Shown here one piece after another: positions 8,800 through 18,757 of a DNA stretch of 33,142 nucleotides. The position numbers and the translations under genes were made by a program. The number at the start of each line of letters is the position of its first letter. The stretch's first letter is position 1. Source of the stretch: a virus (taxonomy: Duplodnaviria > Caudoviricetes); IMG/VR virus record IMGVR_UViG_3300027672_000042, positions 1-33,142 of that record. One strand, given 5' to 3'. The notes beneath the pieces are model-generated. The model was not told the origin of the DNA. It saw only the letters and a program-made list of their open reading frames with translations, and did not search any database.

Positions 8800-11700
8800 A
8801 TGGCTGAAACTGCCTACGAACGATTTCTCAAAGACCCTGATAAAGAAGAAGCAGTTAACGTTGATATTAAAAAACAACAACCTTTAGACTTAGATCAAGT
8901 TAAACTTAAAATACAAAACGAACTTAAATCACAATCGGCACCTAAAAAACCTGTGAAATGGTTAGCTATGCCTGACCCTAAAAGTGTTCTTGAAATGTAT
9001 TATACATTTAACCCTACAAAAAGATTAGCAAATTCTATAGCCGGTATAGAGGGTGTACCTAAATTTTTAGCTGACAAAGAAGCAACAGAAGCGGGTGATC
9101 CTATGAAGCAATTAAAAAAAATTCCTGACGCAAAGGCTCCTAGTTTTAGAATTAACAACAAAGAAATTACACAAGAAAGAGATTACACCACCGGATTAGA
9201 TGAGATAGCAAAAGGTATTAGTTCGGGTACATATGATTTACAAAACAGTTTAGGTTCATTATTATTTGCAGGTACAGACCTTGCAGCCAATACAGATTTT
9301 TTATCTAAATTTGAAAAAGTAATGGAAGAGAACGAACCTACTCGTCCTGAAACATGGAGAGGAGAAGTTACATCTTTACTTACACAATACGGTATACCAG
9401 GAGCAGGTATTGCTAAAATTGCAGGAAGGATACCTGCAGTTGTTAAAATGAAAAAAGCAGCTGATGCTGTTAAAGGTGGTAAACTTAGAAAAGTTAGTCA
9501 GGTAGCATCGAGAATGGTAGAAGGTGCCGGTATTGTAGGGGCTACAGATTTTTTAGCATCTAATCCAGGTAGAGAATCTTTTTTTGTAGAACCGGAGGAC
9601 ACTAAAAATTTAACGGGCAGGAAAAGAGCAGGTGCAGAATTTAGAAATAGAATTAAGTATGGAGCTGAAGGTGCATTAATTGGTGGCGGCTTTCCATTGG
9701 TTGGTAAATTTACACAACTTGGTTTTAAATATTTAGGAAAACCTTTGATGGTTAATAAATACGGAGTAGGTGTAGCACAATTAGGTGCAAAAGGAATTAA
9801 TAAAACTGTGGTTAGACCTGTTGAATTATTATTTGGCAATAAACTTGTAGCTCCTTTGACAAAAGCAGGAGCAGAAACTTTACAAAAAGCAGGAAAATAT
9901 ACAGTAAGTAAAGTAGTAGCGCCATTATTAGCAAATGCTTTTGCGGGTACTTTTACAAAAAATAAATTTGTAACACAACTACCACCTTTTAAAGATTGGA
10001 GATTAAAATCGGTTACAGATCCAAGAAAAATAAACGTAGGTCTTAAAAGAGTGGATAATATATTATCATGGTTTAGGTCTTATGGAAAACAACCTAAAGA
10101 TATCGAAGGTGTGAGTGAAGAAGTAACACTATATGTTAAAAGTAGAGCTAGAAAAATAGATAGAACTTATGAAGGTTTAGAAAAATCTGCATACAATTTA
10201 GCTAAACAATTTGAAGATCAATACAATAAAAACACTACCTCTCCTGCTATTCAAAGATATTATGCAGATGAAATTAAAGAGATAGCTAATAATATTTTAA
10301 AAGATGCGGATGCGGTAGTAAAAGGTCAAAGAAAAATAGAAGATCTACCACAAGAACTTCAAACATTAACAAAAGATTTAATTAATGATATTAAAAAAAT
10401 TCAAACGGAATTTAAAAAAGTACTACCTAAAGGTAAAGATGCAGATGAATTAGCAAAAGATCTTGCTACTGTTGAAGTAGATAACGTTGGTAAATATTTA
10501 GTAAGATCATTCACAACATTTACAAATCCTGAAAAAGTTCCTCCACAAAAAATAATGGATGGAGCAGTTGATTATTTAGTTAACAATGTAATTACAAAAA
10601 ATACAAACTTAAAAGAATCTGCCAGGAATTCTTTTCCAAAACTAAAACCAGAACAAGCTTACATAGAGTCTGCTAAAATGCACGCAGAAGATATATTAAG
10701 AACAGCTAAAGCTGAAGGTAAATCACCATTAACACAATTAAAAGATATAGGTACTCGTATATTACAAAACGATAAATTTAAATTTTTAAAAACTGGTGAA
10801 GAATTACCAGCTGCAATAAAAAATTTATTAGGCCCTGAAAGAAATTTAAAAGCCTCAGTCGCATTCACTACATCAGAAGCTATCGCATCAATGGCCAACA
10901 AAAGAGCAGCGGATTACATAGCAAGATCAGGTTTAAAAAATGGGTGGTTGTTCAATACTTTAGAAGATGCGACTAACGCAGGATTTGTTGGTGCACAACA
11001 AATTAAAAGCGTACCGAGACTTGGTATTATGAAATCAGGTTTATTAAACAAGTGGGCCTCACCTGAATATGTAGAAGGTTTTGCAGGTATAGGGGGTTCA
11101 TTAGATAAACTTGTAGAGAATGCTTTCTATCGTTTTGCATTACAATTTAAAGTTGGTGTACAGATCGGTAAAACATTATACTCACCACAAACACAAGTTA
11201 GAAACGTGACTTCAGCTTCTTTCTTTTCTTTAATGAATGGACACATAGGTGGTAGAGCTAGCGTTACAGATGCTATGCAGATAGTTGCAAGAGATATATT
11301 TAAAGCAGGAGGTAATAAAATTGATGAAGTAGAATTTAATAACTACGTAGAAAAATTAGTTAGACTTGGTGTGTGGGATGAAAACGTGGTAGCTGCAGAA
11401 ATGAAATCTGTGCTACAAGATTTAAAAAGTAACGCAATAAATACTACTGATAAATTATTTGATAGGTTAATGAAAATGACACCTACAGATAAAGTTGCAA
11501 GACTATACGCAGGGGGTGATAACTTATGGAAAGGTTATGGTTTTGAATTTGGTAAATCACAATTGTCTCAAGCATTAAAAAATTTAGATGAGGTTAAAGA
11601 ATGGTTTAGATACATGGGTAAAGAATTTGATTCCATAAGTCCTGTTACTGGAGTAAAAAAAACATATGATGATGCTATTGAAGAAGGATCAGCTTATCTT

Positions 11701-13335
11701 TTAAGAAACACTTACCCAACTTACAGTAAAGTACCACCCGTTATTCAAGCACTAAGAAAGCTGCCTCTTGGAAACTTTATATCTTTCCCGGCAGAAATAC
11801 TTAGAACCGGTGCAAATATTATTAGCACAGGTTTAAAAGAATCGGCGCATCCTAATAGAGCTATACAACAAATGGGTATAAGAAGATTGACTGGTGCTTT
11901 TATGACAAGTTACGCTATTGGAAAAGGATTTAATGAGTTATCACAAGCGTTAACTAACTCTACAAATTCACAATGGAACGCATACAAAAGATCATCAGCT
12001 GCATCATGGGATGCAACATCAAATTTGTTAGCTGTTAAAGGTTGGAAGAATGGTGAAAGTGCTGCAATTAATTTTTCATACTTTAGTCCTTACGATAGTT
12101 TGTATCAACCACTAGACGCAGCTATTGCACAAGCACAGAAACAAAATTTAAATCCACAAGAAACAGAACAGTTTGTAATGAATTTAATGTTTGGAGAAAA
12201 TGGACCTGTTTCTGTATATCTAGATCCATTTATATCAGAGCCTTTAGGTTTTGATAGGTTTATAGATGTAACTACAAGAAATGGTAGAAAAGATAACGGT
12301 GGTTTTGTGTACACAAATTCTGATGACCTTGGAGATAAATTTATTAAATCATTAACTCACATATTAGATGGAGTTAAACCTGGTGTGCTAACAAGTAGTC
12401 AAAAAATAGGTGATGCTTTGTCATTAGATTTAACTAAAGGTGGTAAACCAGTTAACTTATCTGATGAATTATTGGCCCTGTTTACTGGAACACGGATCAT
12501 TAGAATTGATGTTAAAAAAGACCTTAGGTATTTTACACGTAGTATGAATGCATTGTTAAGAGCGGTTGATGAAACAGAAGGTTTTTATAGCGTACAAAAT
12601 TTTGCACAAAAAACACCAACAGATATGGTTAGAACTTTTGATAACATGCAGCAAGAAGCATTTAGAATACAAAAAGATATGTACATTAGAATTAAAGATT
12701 TAGAATTATTAGATTTAAGTAAATCTAAAATATATCAAATCATGAGAGATCAAGGTGCTTCCAGAACATTAGTTAATAATCTAGTATCAGGAAGATTTAC
12801 ACCAGTTAATTATTCTAAACCTAGATTTGAAAGTAAAGTTAAATCAGTTAAACAACAAATGAAAAATTTAACTAAAGACAATGATGAGTTTAGGTATAGA
12901 GCAAACAGATCTTTTTTATTTCCGCAAAGAGATTTAGATAGAGTTAAAGGAAAATACAGTGGAATTAAATTTTTTCCTACAGTATTAAACGAAGAAACAA
13001 GAGAACGAGAAGGGGGCTACAAGCCTGATGAAGAAAATTATCAAATAGACAAAGAAGGCAGGTTGTTGTTAGATAAAAATAGAAATCCAATAAAAGAAGA
13101 AGGATTTATCCAGCGACAAATTAAAAAAGTACCAGGTATGATAAAAGATTTAATGGTACCGGGTTCACCAGGTTTTACAAGTAAACCTAAAATGCAAACA
13201 CCACCATTAGGTGACACACCAATGCCATCTAAACAGTTAAGTCAAGCACAAAATGTCGACCCACAAACTAACTTGACACAGACTGAGACTGCTTTATTAT
13301 CACCTACTGAAAAAGTAATTGCGAGTAGAACTTAA
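8800..13335 (+). CDS. Large internal virion/ejection protein
   Basis: 1511 aa, largely helical, last gene of the structural module as for podoviral large ejection proteins; no catalytic motif recognised. Confidence 0.6.
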   Translation: MAETAYERFLKDPDKEEAVNVDIKKQQPLDLDQVKLKIQNELKSQSAPKKPVKWLAMPDPKSVLEMYYTFNPTKRLANSIAGIEGVPKFLADKEATEAGDPMKQLKKIPDAKAPSFRINNKEITQERDYTTGLDEIAKGISSGTYDLQNSLGSLLFAGTDLAANTDFLSKFEKVMEENEPTRPETWRGEVTSLLTQYGIPGAGIAKIAGRIPAVVKMKKAADAVKGGKLRKVSQVASRMVEGAGIVGATDFLASNPGRESFFVEPEDTKNLTGRKRAGAEFRNRIKYGAEGALIGGGFPLVGKFTQLGFKYLGKPLMVNKYGVGVAQLGAKGINKTVVRPVELLFGNKLVAPLTKAGAETLQKAGKYTVSKVVAPLLANAFAGTFTKNKFVTQLPPFKDWRLKSVTDPRKINVGLKRVDNILSWFRSYGKQPKDIEGVSEEVTLYVKSRARKIDRTYEGLEKSAYNLAKQFEDQYNKNTTSPAIQRYYADEIKEIANNILKDADAVVKGQRKIEDLPQELQTLTKDLINDIKKIQTEFKKVLPKGKDADELAKDLATVEVDNVGKYLVRSFTTFTNPEKVPPQKIMDGAVDYLVNNVITKNTNLKESARNSFPKLKPEQAYIESAKMHAEDILRTAKAEGKSPLTQLKDIGTRILQNDKFKFLKTGEELPAAIKNLLGPERNLKASVAFTTSEAIASMANKRAADYIARSGLKNGWLFNTLEDATNAGFVGAQQIKSVPRLGIMKSGLLNKWASPEYVEGFAGIGGSLDKLVENAFYRFALQFKVGVQIGKTLYSPQTQVRNVTSASFFSLMNGHIGGRASVTDAMQIVARDIFKAGGNKIDEVEFNNYVEKLVRLGVWDENVVAAEMKSVLQDLKSNAINTTDKLFDRLMKMTPTDKVARLYAGGDNLWKGYGFEFGKSQLSQALKNLDEVKEWFRYMGKEFDSISPVTGVKKTYDDAIEEGSAYLLRNTYPTYSKVPPVIQALRKLPLGNFISFPAEILRTGANIISTGLKESAHPNRAIQQMGIRRLTGAFMTSYAIGKGFNELSQALTNSTNSQWNAYKRSSAASWDATSNLLAVKGWKNGESAAINFSYFSPYDSLYQPLDAAIAQAQKQNLNPQETEQFVMNLMFGENGPVSVYLDPFISEPLGFDRFIDVTTRNGRKDNGGFVYTNSDDLGDKFIKSLTHILDGVKPGVLTSSQKIGDALSLDLTKGGKPVNLSDELLALFTGTRIIRIDVKKDLRYFTRSMNALLRAVDETEGFYSVQNFAQKTPTDMVRTFDNMQQEAFRIQKDMYIRIKDLELLDLSKSKIYQIMRDQGASRTLVNNLVSGRFTPVNYSKPRFESKVKSVKQQMKNLTKDNDEFRYRANRSFLFPQRDLDRVKGKYSGIKFFPTVLNEETREREGGYKPDEENYQIDKEGRLLLDKNRNPIKEEGFIQRQIKKVPGMIKDLMVPGSPGFTSKPKMQTPPLGDTPMPSKQLSQAQNVDPQTNLTQTETALLSPTEKVIASRT

Positions 13336-13526
13336 TGACTAAAAATATTGCACTAACAAAAATAGAATCACATGAGAAGCTGTGTAGAATTATGCAGAAA
13401 CAAACTCATGACAAGATTCATTCATTAGAAAAACAGATTTGTAGAATAGAAACTATTCTACTAACATCTGTCGGAGCTTTGATCACCGGTATGGCCGGTA
13501 TGATCTACATGTTAATCATAAAATAG
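13335..13526 (+). CDS. Small coiled-coil plus C-terminal TM protein, holin-like candidate
   Basis: 63 aa ending ILLTSVGALITGMAGMIYMLII; directly precedes the peptidase. Confidence 0.5.
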   Translation: MTKNIALTKIESHEKLCRIMQKQTHDKIHSLEKQICRIETILLTSVGALITGMAGMIYMLIIK

Positions 13527-13533
13527 GAGAGCC

Positions 13534-14028
13534 ATGAAACTGAGCAAGAATTTCAGCAAAGCTGAGCTTTGTAAGTCACAGACAGCGACGAGGATGGGCC
13601 TTAACAACAACCCCACGGACGATCAGACCGAAAATCTACGATTGCTCTGTGAGAGGGTTCTACAGCCCGTTAGAGACCATTTCAATCAAGTAGTGACTAT
13701 TTCCAGTGGATTTAGAGATCCAATTTTGTCAGTTAAGATAGGTAGCTCAACTAAGAGTCAGCACTGCAAAGGAGAGGCGGCAGACCTAGAAATATTTGGT
13801 GTTGCCAACAATGAACTAGCAGATTGGATCAAAGAAAACTTAATGTTTGATCAATTGATTCTCGAGTACCACACTCCCGGCGAACCCAACAGTGGCTGGG
13901 TCCATGTATCATACACAAAAGAAATTAACGCTAACCGTAAGGAATATCTAATGGCGATTAAAGGCGAATCCGGCAAGACGGAATACAAACAGATCTTAGG
14001 TCTATCAACCGACAGATACGTAAAATAA
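13534..14028 (+). CDS. Peptidase M15A-family protein (endolysin candidate)
   Basis: SGFR...SQHCKGEAAD...WVHVS zinc-binding motifs; AGGAG SD. Confidence 0.85.
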   Translation: MKLSKNFSKAELCKSQTATRMGLNNNPTDDQTENLRLLCERVLQPVRDHFNQVVTISSGFRDPILSVKIGSSTKSQHCKGEAADLEIFGVANNELADWIKENLMFDQLILEYHTPGEPNSGWVHVSYTKEINANRKEYLMAIKGESGKTEYKQILGLSTDRYVK

Positions 14029-14035
14029 AATTCCA

Positions 14036-14050
14036 GCGCGCCTCACGCGT
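14036..14050. terminator. Short GC hairpin between convergent genes (probable terminator)
   Basis: GCGCG-CCTCA-CGCGT; a T-rich run follows on the minus strand. Confidence 0.4.
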
Positions 14051-14058
14051 ATGTCCTA

Positions 14059-15489
14059 TTAAATCCATGATCTCAGTTCTTCACCTAAAACTTCTGACGC
14101 TATGTTTATTTTTTTTCGTAGAGCTTTTACGATTTTTTCATCCACGGTATCGGCCGCCATTAAATCAACATAGGTTACAGATTTTTTCTGCCCGATTCTG
14201 TGTGCTCTGTCTTCTGACTGTAATCTTTTTTCTAAGTCATAACCGTTAGAATAATAAATTACGGTGTTTGCAGCTGTTAAAGTTATCCCATAGCCGCCCG
14301 TAGCAGGGGTTCCAACAAAGAACCGACACTTAGGGTCGTCTTGAAAACGTTTGATATTAGGTTGTCTGTCTTCTTTGGGAGTTAATCCATAATAGTCAAC
14401 AATGCATCCCGGACCATGGACCTTTTCTACTTCTTTAATTATATCTTTAATGTCATGTTGATAGTGAGCCCAAATAATAGCTTTACCTTCAGTTTCTTCT
14501 AAAACATCCATCAATTCATTAACTCTATTATTTTTTATTCTTTTTAATGACCCATCATCAGCAGTAAAATGACCACATGTTATTTGATGAAGTCTCATTA
14601 ATTGAGTCAAAGAATTTACAGTTGTAGATTGTTTACCATCTAAAATAGCAATAGCTTCTTTTTTCATTTGCTCATACAATTTACGTTGTTCAGAAGTTAA
14701 AACTATATGTCTTTTTATAAAGATTTTTTCTGGAAGATCTAAGCAGTCTTCTTTTAGAACACGATAAGAAAATTCTTTTAATTTATCGGATAGTTCACCC
14801 AAGTTTTTAAAACCACTAACTATTTGTATTTGTCTACCATGCATGTGCAAGGTTTTCATTTCTGCATATCTATTTCTAAATGCATAAAAAGATGTAAAAT
14901 CTAATAACCAAGGACTTAAAAAATCACACTGTGAAAATAAATCTAGAGGATTTTTAGTAACAGGAGATCCGGTCATTATTCTTCTATATTTAGCTTGTGT
15001 AGACAAAGTTAAAATATTTTTAGTACGTTTAGCACTAGGTGTTTTAATGGTAGTTGATTCATCAATCGCCATTAAAGTATTATGACAAGACATAAATTTA
15101 GTTGCAAACGCTTTACCTTTATCTGTACTAAAAGCTTCAACATTCATAATTATAATATGTAAACCTTCACCTTCTTGAAACAAACTATCTAAACTTTCTT
15201 GTTGTTTTTTAGTAATGTTTGCTTGCCACAAAACAGTCACATTTTCTATGTGGTCTGGTAAGTGAGTTGGTAATTCATTATCATACCAAGTACCTACAAC
15301 ACCTTTAGGTGCAATAATTAAAGCACCATTAACTTTACCTTTGTCATAAAGCATGGCTAAATTATCTATTAATACTTTTGTTTTACCTGTGCCCATTTCC
15401 ATAAAATAAGCATAAGTTTCTCTATTCCACGATTTTTCTAATGCAGTCATTTGATGTGCATAAGGTTTTGTTTTAAATTTATAGTTCAT
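14059..15489 (-). CDS. SNF2-family (SF2) helicase/ATPase
   Basis: MEMGTGKT, IDES, MTGSP and QSEDRAHRIGQ motifs; likely start is ATG 15489 (MNYKFKTKPY), not 15522. Confidence 0.9.
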   Translation of the reverse strand: MNYKFKTKPYAHQMTALEKSWNRETYAYFMEMGTGKTKVLIDNLAMLYDKGKVNGALIIAPKGVVGTWYDNELPTHLPDHIENVTVLWQANITKKQQESLDSLFQEGEGLHIIIMNVEAFSTDKGKAFATKFMSCHNTLMAIDESTTIKTPSAKRTKNILTLSTQAKYRRIMTGSPVTKNPLDLFSQCDFLSPWLLDFTSFYAFRNRYAEMKTLHMHGRQIQIVSGFKNLGELSDKLKEFSYRVLKEDCLDLPEKIFIKRHIVLTSEQRKLYEQMKKEAIAILDGKQSTTVNSLTQLMRLHQITCGHFTADDGSLKRIKNNRVNELMDVLEETEGKAIIWAHYQHDIKDIIKEVEKVHGPGCIVDYYGLTPKEDRQPNIKRFQDDPKCRFFVGTPATGGYGITLTAANTVIYYSNGYDLEKRLQSEDRAHRIGQKKSVTYVDLMAADTVDEKIVKALRKKINIASEVLGEELRSWI

Positions 15490-15507
15490 AATTTTTCTTC
15501 TTTCTAC

Positions 15508-15540
15508 TTGACAACATAACATTTATAACTATATTGTCAA
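15508..15540. promoter_or_regulatory. Symmetric bidirectional promoter (TTGACA...TGTCAA)
   Basis: Plus strand TTGACA-N16-TATATT-gtcaat-ATG(15542); minus strand TTGACA-N16-TATGTT. Confidence 0.7.
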
Positions 15541-15541
15541 T

Positions 15542-15898
15542 ATGAAAGAAAATAAAGTTTATGTAATTCAAGAAATTGCGGGTACTGCTGAAGGCAGACC
15601 TAAAATAAATATTATGGGCGCATCAAAATATGGTGAGTTTGTTTTTTTATTACCGGAACTTTCACAGATAATATTTTCTCCTGGTCCATTAATTTTTAAA
15701 CTTAGAAAAATGTTAAAAGATTTTACATCAGAAGATCATTTATTATTAACTGGAGATCCTGCAATTATTGGTGTAACGTGTTCAATTGTTTCTGACATGA
15801 CTAATGGTAAATACAATTTACTAAAGTGGGATAAACAAGAAAGACAATATTATCCTATTGCAATCAACTTATATGAAAGAGGAAAGATAGATGAGTAA
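15542..15898 (+). CDS. Hypothetical protein, first gene of the replication operon
   Basis: 118 aa with LLLTGDP motif; apparently leaderless. Confidence 0.7.
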   Translation: MKENKVYVIQEIAGTAEGRPKINIMGASKYGEFVFLLPELSQIIFSPGPLIFKLRKMLKDFTSEDHLLLTGDPAIIGVTCSIVSDMTNGKYNLLKWDKQERQYYPIAINLYERGKIDE

Positions 15899-16445
15899 CA
15901 TAAACTTTGAAAATGACCAACAACAGGTCATACAAAAAACAGACAATATAAAAACTCTTGCAGATCAAGTAGAGAAATTAAATTCTTTACAAAATGATAT
16001 TGAATCTCAAGAAGAGAATTTAAAAAAAACTAAAAAACAATTTGACTATTTATCTGGAGAAGTAATTCCTACCATGATGGCTGAGATGGGTTTATCTCAC
16101 CTTAAACTTATGGACGGGTCTTCAGTAGATGTTAAACCTAATTATAGTGCAAGTATTACTATTGCAAATAGAGATGCTGCATTTCAATGGCTTCGAGACA
16201 ATAACCTGGGTGATATAATCAAAAATGAGATATCCGTATCATTTGGGCGTAACGAAGATAACAAGGCTGCGGATTATGCTAGCCTTGCATCTGAGCGTGG
16301 GTTTTCACCAACACAAAAGTTGAAGGTGGAACCCATGACTCTTAAAGCGTTAGTTCGGGAACGTTTAGAATCAGGCAAAGAAATGCCTACCGAGCTTTTC
16401 AACGTATTCGTTGGAAATAAAACAACAATCAAGAGGAAACAATAA
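15891..16445 (+). CDS. Hypothetical replication-module protein (N-terminal coiled coil)
   Basis: 184 aa; AFQWLRDN and PMTLKALVRE motifs. Confidence 0.7.
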   Translation: MSNINFENDQQQVIQKTDNIKTLADQVEKLNSLQNDIESQEENLKKTKKQFDYLSGEVIPTMMAEMGLSHLKLMDGSSVDVKPNYSASITIANRDAAFQWLRDNNLGDIIKNEISVSFGRNEDNKAADYASLASERGFSPTQKLKVEPMTLKALVRERLESGKEMPTELFNVFVGNKTTIKRKQ

Positions 16446-16447
16446 AC

Positions 16448-17206
16448 ATGAATGAAATAGTAGAAAAAAAAGAAAATGCAGTAGTTGTCAATATGTTTGA
16501 AGCTGATGCAGATAAAGGCTCTCAGAATATGACGCAAGATGATCTTGCATTACCTTTTCTAAAAGTTTTAGGACAGTTATCTCCTGAAATTAATAAAAGA
16601 GATGGTAAGTATGTTGAGGGTGCCGAACCCGGCATGATCCTAAACACTGTTACAAATGAAATTTTTGACGGTACTAAGGGTATAAATATATTGCCAGCAT
16701 TCTATGAAAGAAAATATGTAGAATGGCAAGATAGAGGTGAGGGTAAAGGCGCACCAGTAGCAATTCATGATGCAAGTAGTGATATCATGAGCACAACTAC
16801 TCGTGATAAATCTTTTAAAGATCGTTTACCAAACGGTAATTATCTTGAGAATACTGCAAATCATTTTGTAGTAGTTTTAGGTGATTCACCACAAACAGCT
16901 TTGATTTCTATGAAAGCGACTCAATTAAAAATTAGTCGTAAATGGAATTCCATTATGATGGGACTAAAGTTGACTGGTAAAAATGGTTTATTCACACCGC
17001 CAACATATAGCCACATTTATAATCTAAAGACTGTTCAGATGTCAAACGACAAAGGAACATGGTTTGGTTGGGAAGTGTCTAAGGTTGGTCCGGTTGAAGA
17101 TCAAGGTGTTTATCAAATTGCAAAATCATTTGCCGAAAAAGTTGGCAAAGGTAATGTAGAAGTTAAACATGGATCAGACGAATCAAAAACAGATTCACCA
17201 TACTAA
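16448..17206 (+). CDS. Putative ssDNA-binding protein
   Basis: LPFLKVLGQLSPE and NDKGTWFGW motifs; acidic C-terminal tail ending in an aromatic residue (DESKTDSPY); precedes the primase. Confidence 0.55.
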   Translation: MNEIVEKKENAVVVNMFEADADKGSQNMTQDDLALPFLKVLGQLSPEINKRDGKYVEGAEPGMILNTVTNEIFDGTKGINILPAFYERKYVEWQDRGEGKGAPVAIHDASSDIMSTTTRDKSFKDRLPNGNYLENTANHFVVVLGDSPQTALISMKATQLKISRKWNSIMMGLKLTGKNGLFTPPTYSHIYNLKTVQMSNDKGTWFGWEVSKVGPVEDQGVYQIAKSFAEKVGKGNVEVKHGSDESKTDSPY

Positions 17207-17220
17207 ATAAAATCCTAGGT

Positions 17221-17250
17221 CGGGCGTGGAAGCGAGAGTCGAAGCGCCCG
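17221..17250 (+). promoter_or_regulatory. GC-rich stem-loop just upstream of the primase start
   Basis: CGGGCG(U)/(G)CGCCCG stem, GGAA/CGAA internal loop, GC-GAGA-GU apex. Confidence 0.55.
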
Positions 17251-17260
17251 TTATAAATAT

Positions 17261-18757
17261 ATGATAGATAAATTTAAAACTATATTCAAGGGATTGGAAC
17301 GTGCACACGGTTGTACTAAAGTAAGTGAACCTGTTGCTGATGGTGTCAAATTAAAAGGACAATCATTTGTAGTACGTCAACCTGTAACAGATATACTATG
17401 GTCTGATCACTTAGAAGGTAAACAAAGTTTAGGAATTATTCCTATAAATGAAAGCAATGAATGTGTGTGGGGTTGTGTAGACATAGACTCTTATGCAGGC
17501 TTTGATCATAAAAAATTAATAGATAAGATAAAACAATTTAACCTACCACTCTCGGTGTGTAGGTCAAAGAGCGGTGGCGCTCATGTGTTCCTCTTCTCAG
17601 AACTACCCGTATCTGCAGAAAGAATGAGAGATAAACTTACGGAAATAAAAACATTACTAGGCTACGGTGGATCAGAAGTTTTTCCTAAACAGATCCAATT
17701 AAAATCAGCAGACGATACCGGAAACTTTCTTAACTTACCTTACTTCAATGGTGATCAATCAACACGTTATGCATTTAATGATGATGGTACCGCTGCAACA
17801 TTAGAAGAATTCTATGGTATCTATGACAGATTAAAACAAAAAAATATTACGTCTATAAAAATAGAAAGACCTAAATCAGATTATGATGACGCTCCACCAT
17901 GTATAGAACTTATGGCCCTAAATAAAATACCAGAAGGTGGTCGTAACAACTCTATGTTTCATTTTGGAGTGTACGCTAAACAGAAATGGCCTGCAGAATG
18001 GAAAAGTAAGATGACTATGTTTAATATAGAAGCATCAACTACACCGTTAAGTGAGTCTGAAGTAGATATAATTAAACGACAACATGAGAAAAAAGAATGG
18101 GGCTACAAATGTAATGATGTACCTATGTGTAACTTGTGTGATAAAAAATTATGTAGAACTAGAAAGTATGGAATAGGTGAAGAAATTGTATTCCCATTAT
18201 TATCTGACTTACAAAAAGTGAAGTTAGAAAAACCGTACTATTATCTAAACGTAGATGGTGAAAGATTACATTTAGAGAATGTAAAGTTTTTAAAACAACA
18301 AAGTTTATTCCAAGAAGCATGTATGGAACAACTAGATTTTAAACCACCAACAGTAAAACCTAAAGACTGGGACATGATTATAAATCCACTGATGAAGAAC
18401 CACGAACCTGTGGAAGCACCAGAAGGTGTAACTACACAAGATCAATTACAAAATCATTTAGAAGAGTATTGTCTAAATAGACAAGTGTCTACAGACAAAA
18501 ATGATCTTAAAAAGGGTGGGGTATGGACTAACGAAGGCCATCACCATTTTGTGTTTGATAGATTCTACAATCAATTTTTAATTAGGAAACGTTGGGACAT
18601 CAACTATCAGCGTACAGCACAGATGTTAAAAGAAGCCTGTAGCTGTGATGACAAACGTATAGGTAAAGAAAGAATATCTGTATTCCAAGTAAAACAGTTT
18701 GATAAAAAAACTGATGAGTACAATCAAAAAGAATTAAAACCAAAGGATATATTTTGA
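17261..18757 (+). CDS. Archaeo-eukaryotic-type primase(-polymerase) with PriCT-like and Cys-rich domains
   Basis: CVDID (DxD), RSKSGGAHVF, GNFLNLPY, PPC..EGGRNN motifs and a C-x5-C-x2-C-x4-C cluster. Confidence 0.8.
   Translation: MIDKFKTIFKGLERAHGCTKVSEPVADGVKLKGQSFVVRQPVTDILWSDHLEGKQSLGIIPINESNECVWGCVDIDSYAGFDHKKLIDKIKQFNLPLSVCRSKSGGAHVFLFSELPVSAERMRDKLTEIKTLLGYGGSEVFPKQIQLKSADDTGNFLNLPYFNGDQSTRYAFNDDGTAATLEEFYGIYDRLKQKNITSIKIERPKSDYDDAPPCIELMALNKIPEGGRNNSMFHFGVYAKQKWPAEWKSKMTMFNIEASTTPLSESEVDIIKRQHEKKEWGYKCNDVPMCNLCDKKLCRTRKYGIGEEIVFPLLSDLQKVKLEKPYYYLNVDGERLHLENVKFLKQQSLFQEACMEQLDFKPPTVKPKDWDMIINPLMKNHEPVEAPEGVTTQDQLQNHLEEYCLNRQVSTDKNDLKKGGVWTNEGHHHFVFDRFYNQFLIRKRWDINYQRTAQMLKEACSCDDKRIGKERISVFQVKQFDKKTDEYNQKELKPKDIF

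Noticed and set aside
873-12314. Antisense or shifted short ORFs inside structural genes (873, 1070, 1910, 3401, 4866, 6603, 9498, 10659, 12105)
   Set aside because: They overlap well-supported genes and show no motifs or SDs; they are typical shadow ORFs.
13273-13300. TTGACA-N16-TATTAT as an internal lysis-gene promoter
   Set aside because: It lies in coding sequence of an AT-rich genome and the downstream gene is already translationally coupled; plausible but unsupported.
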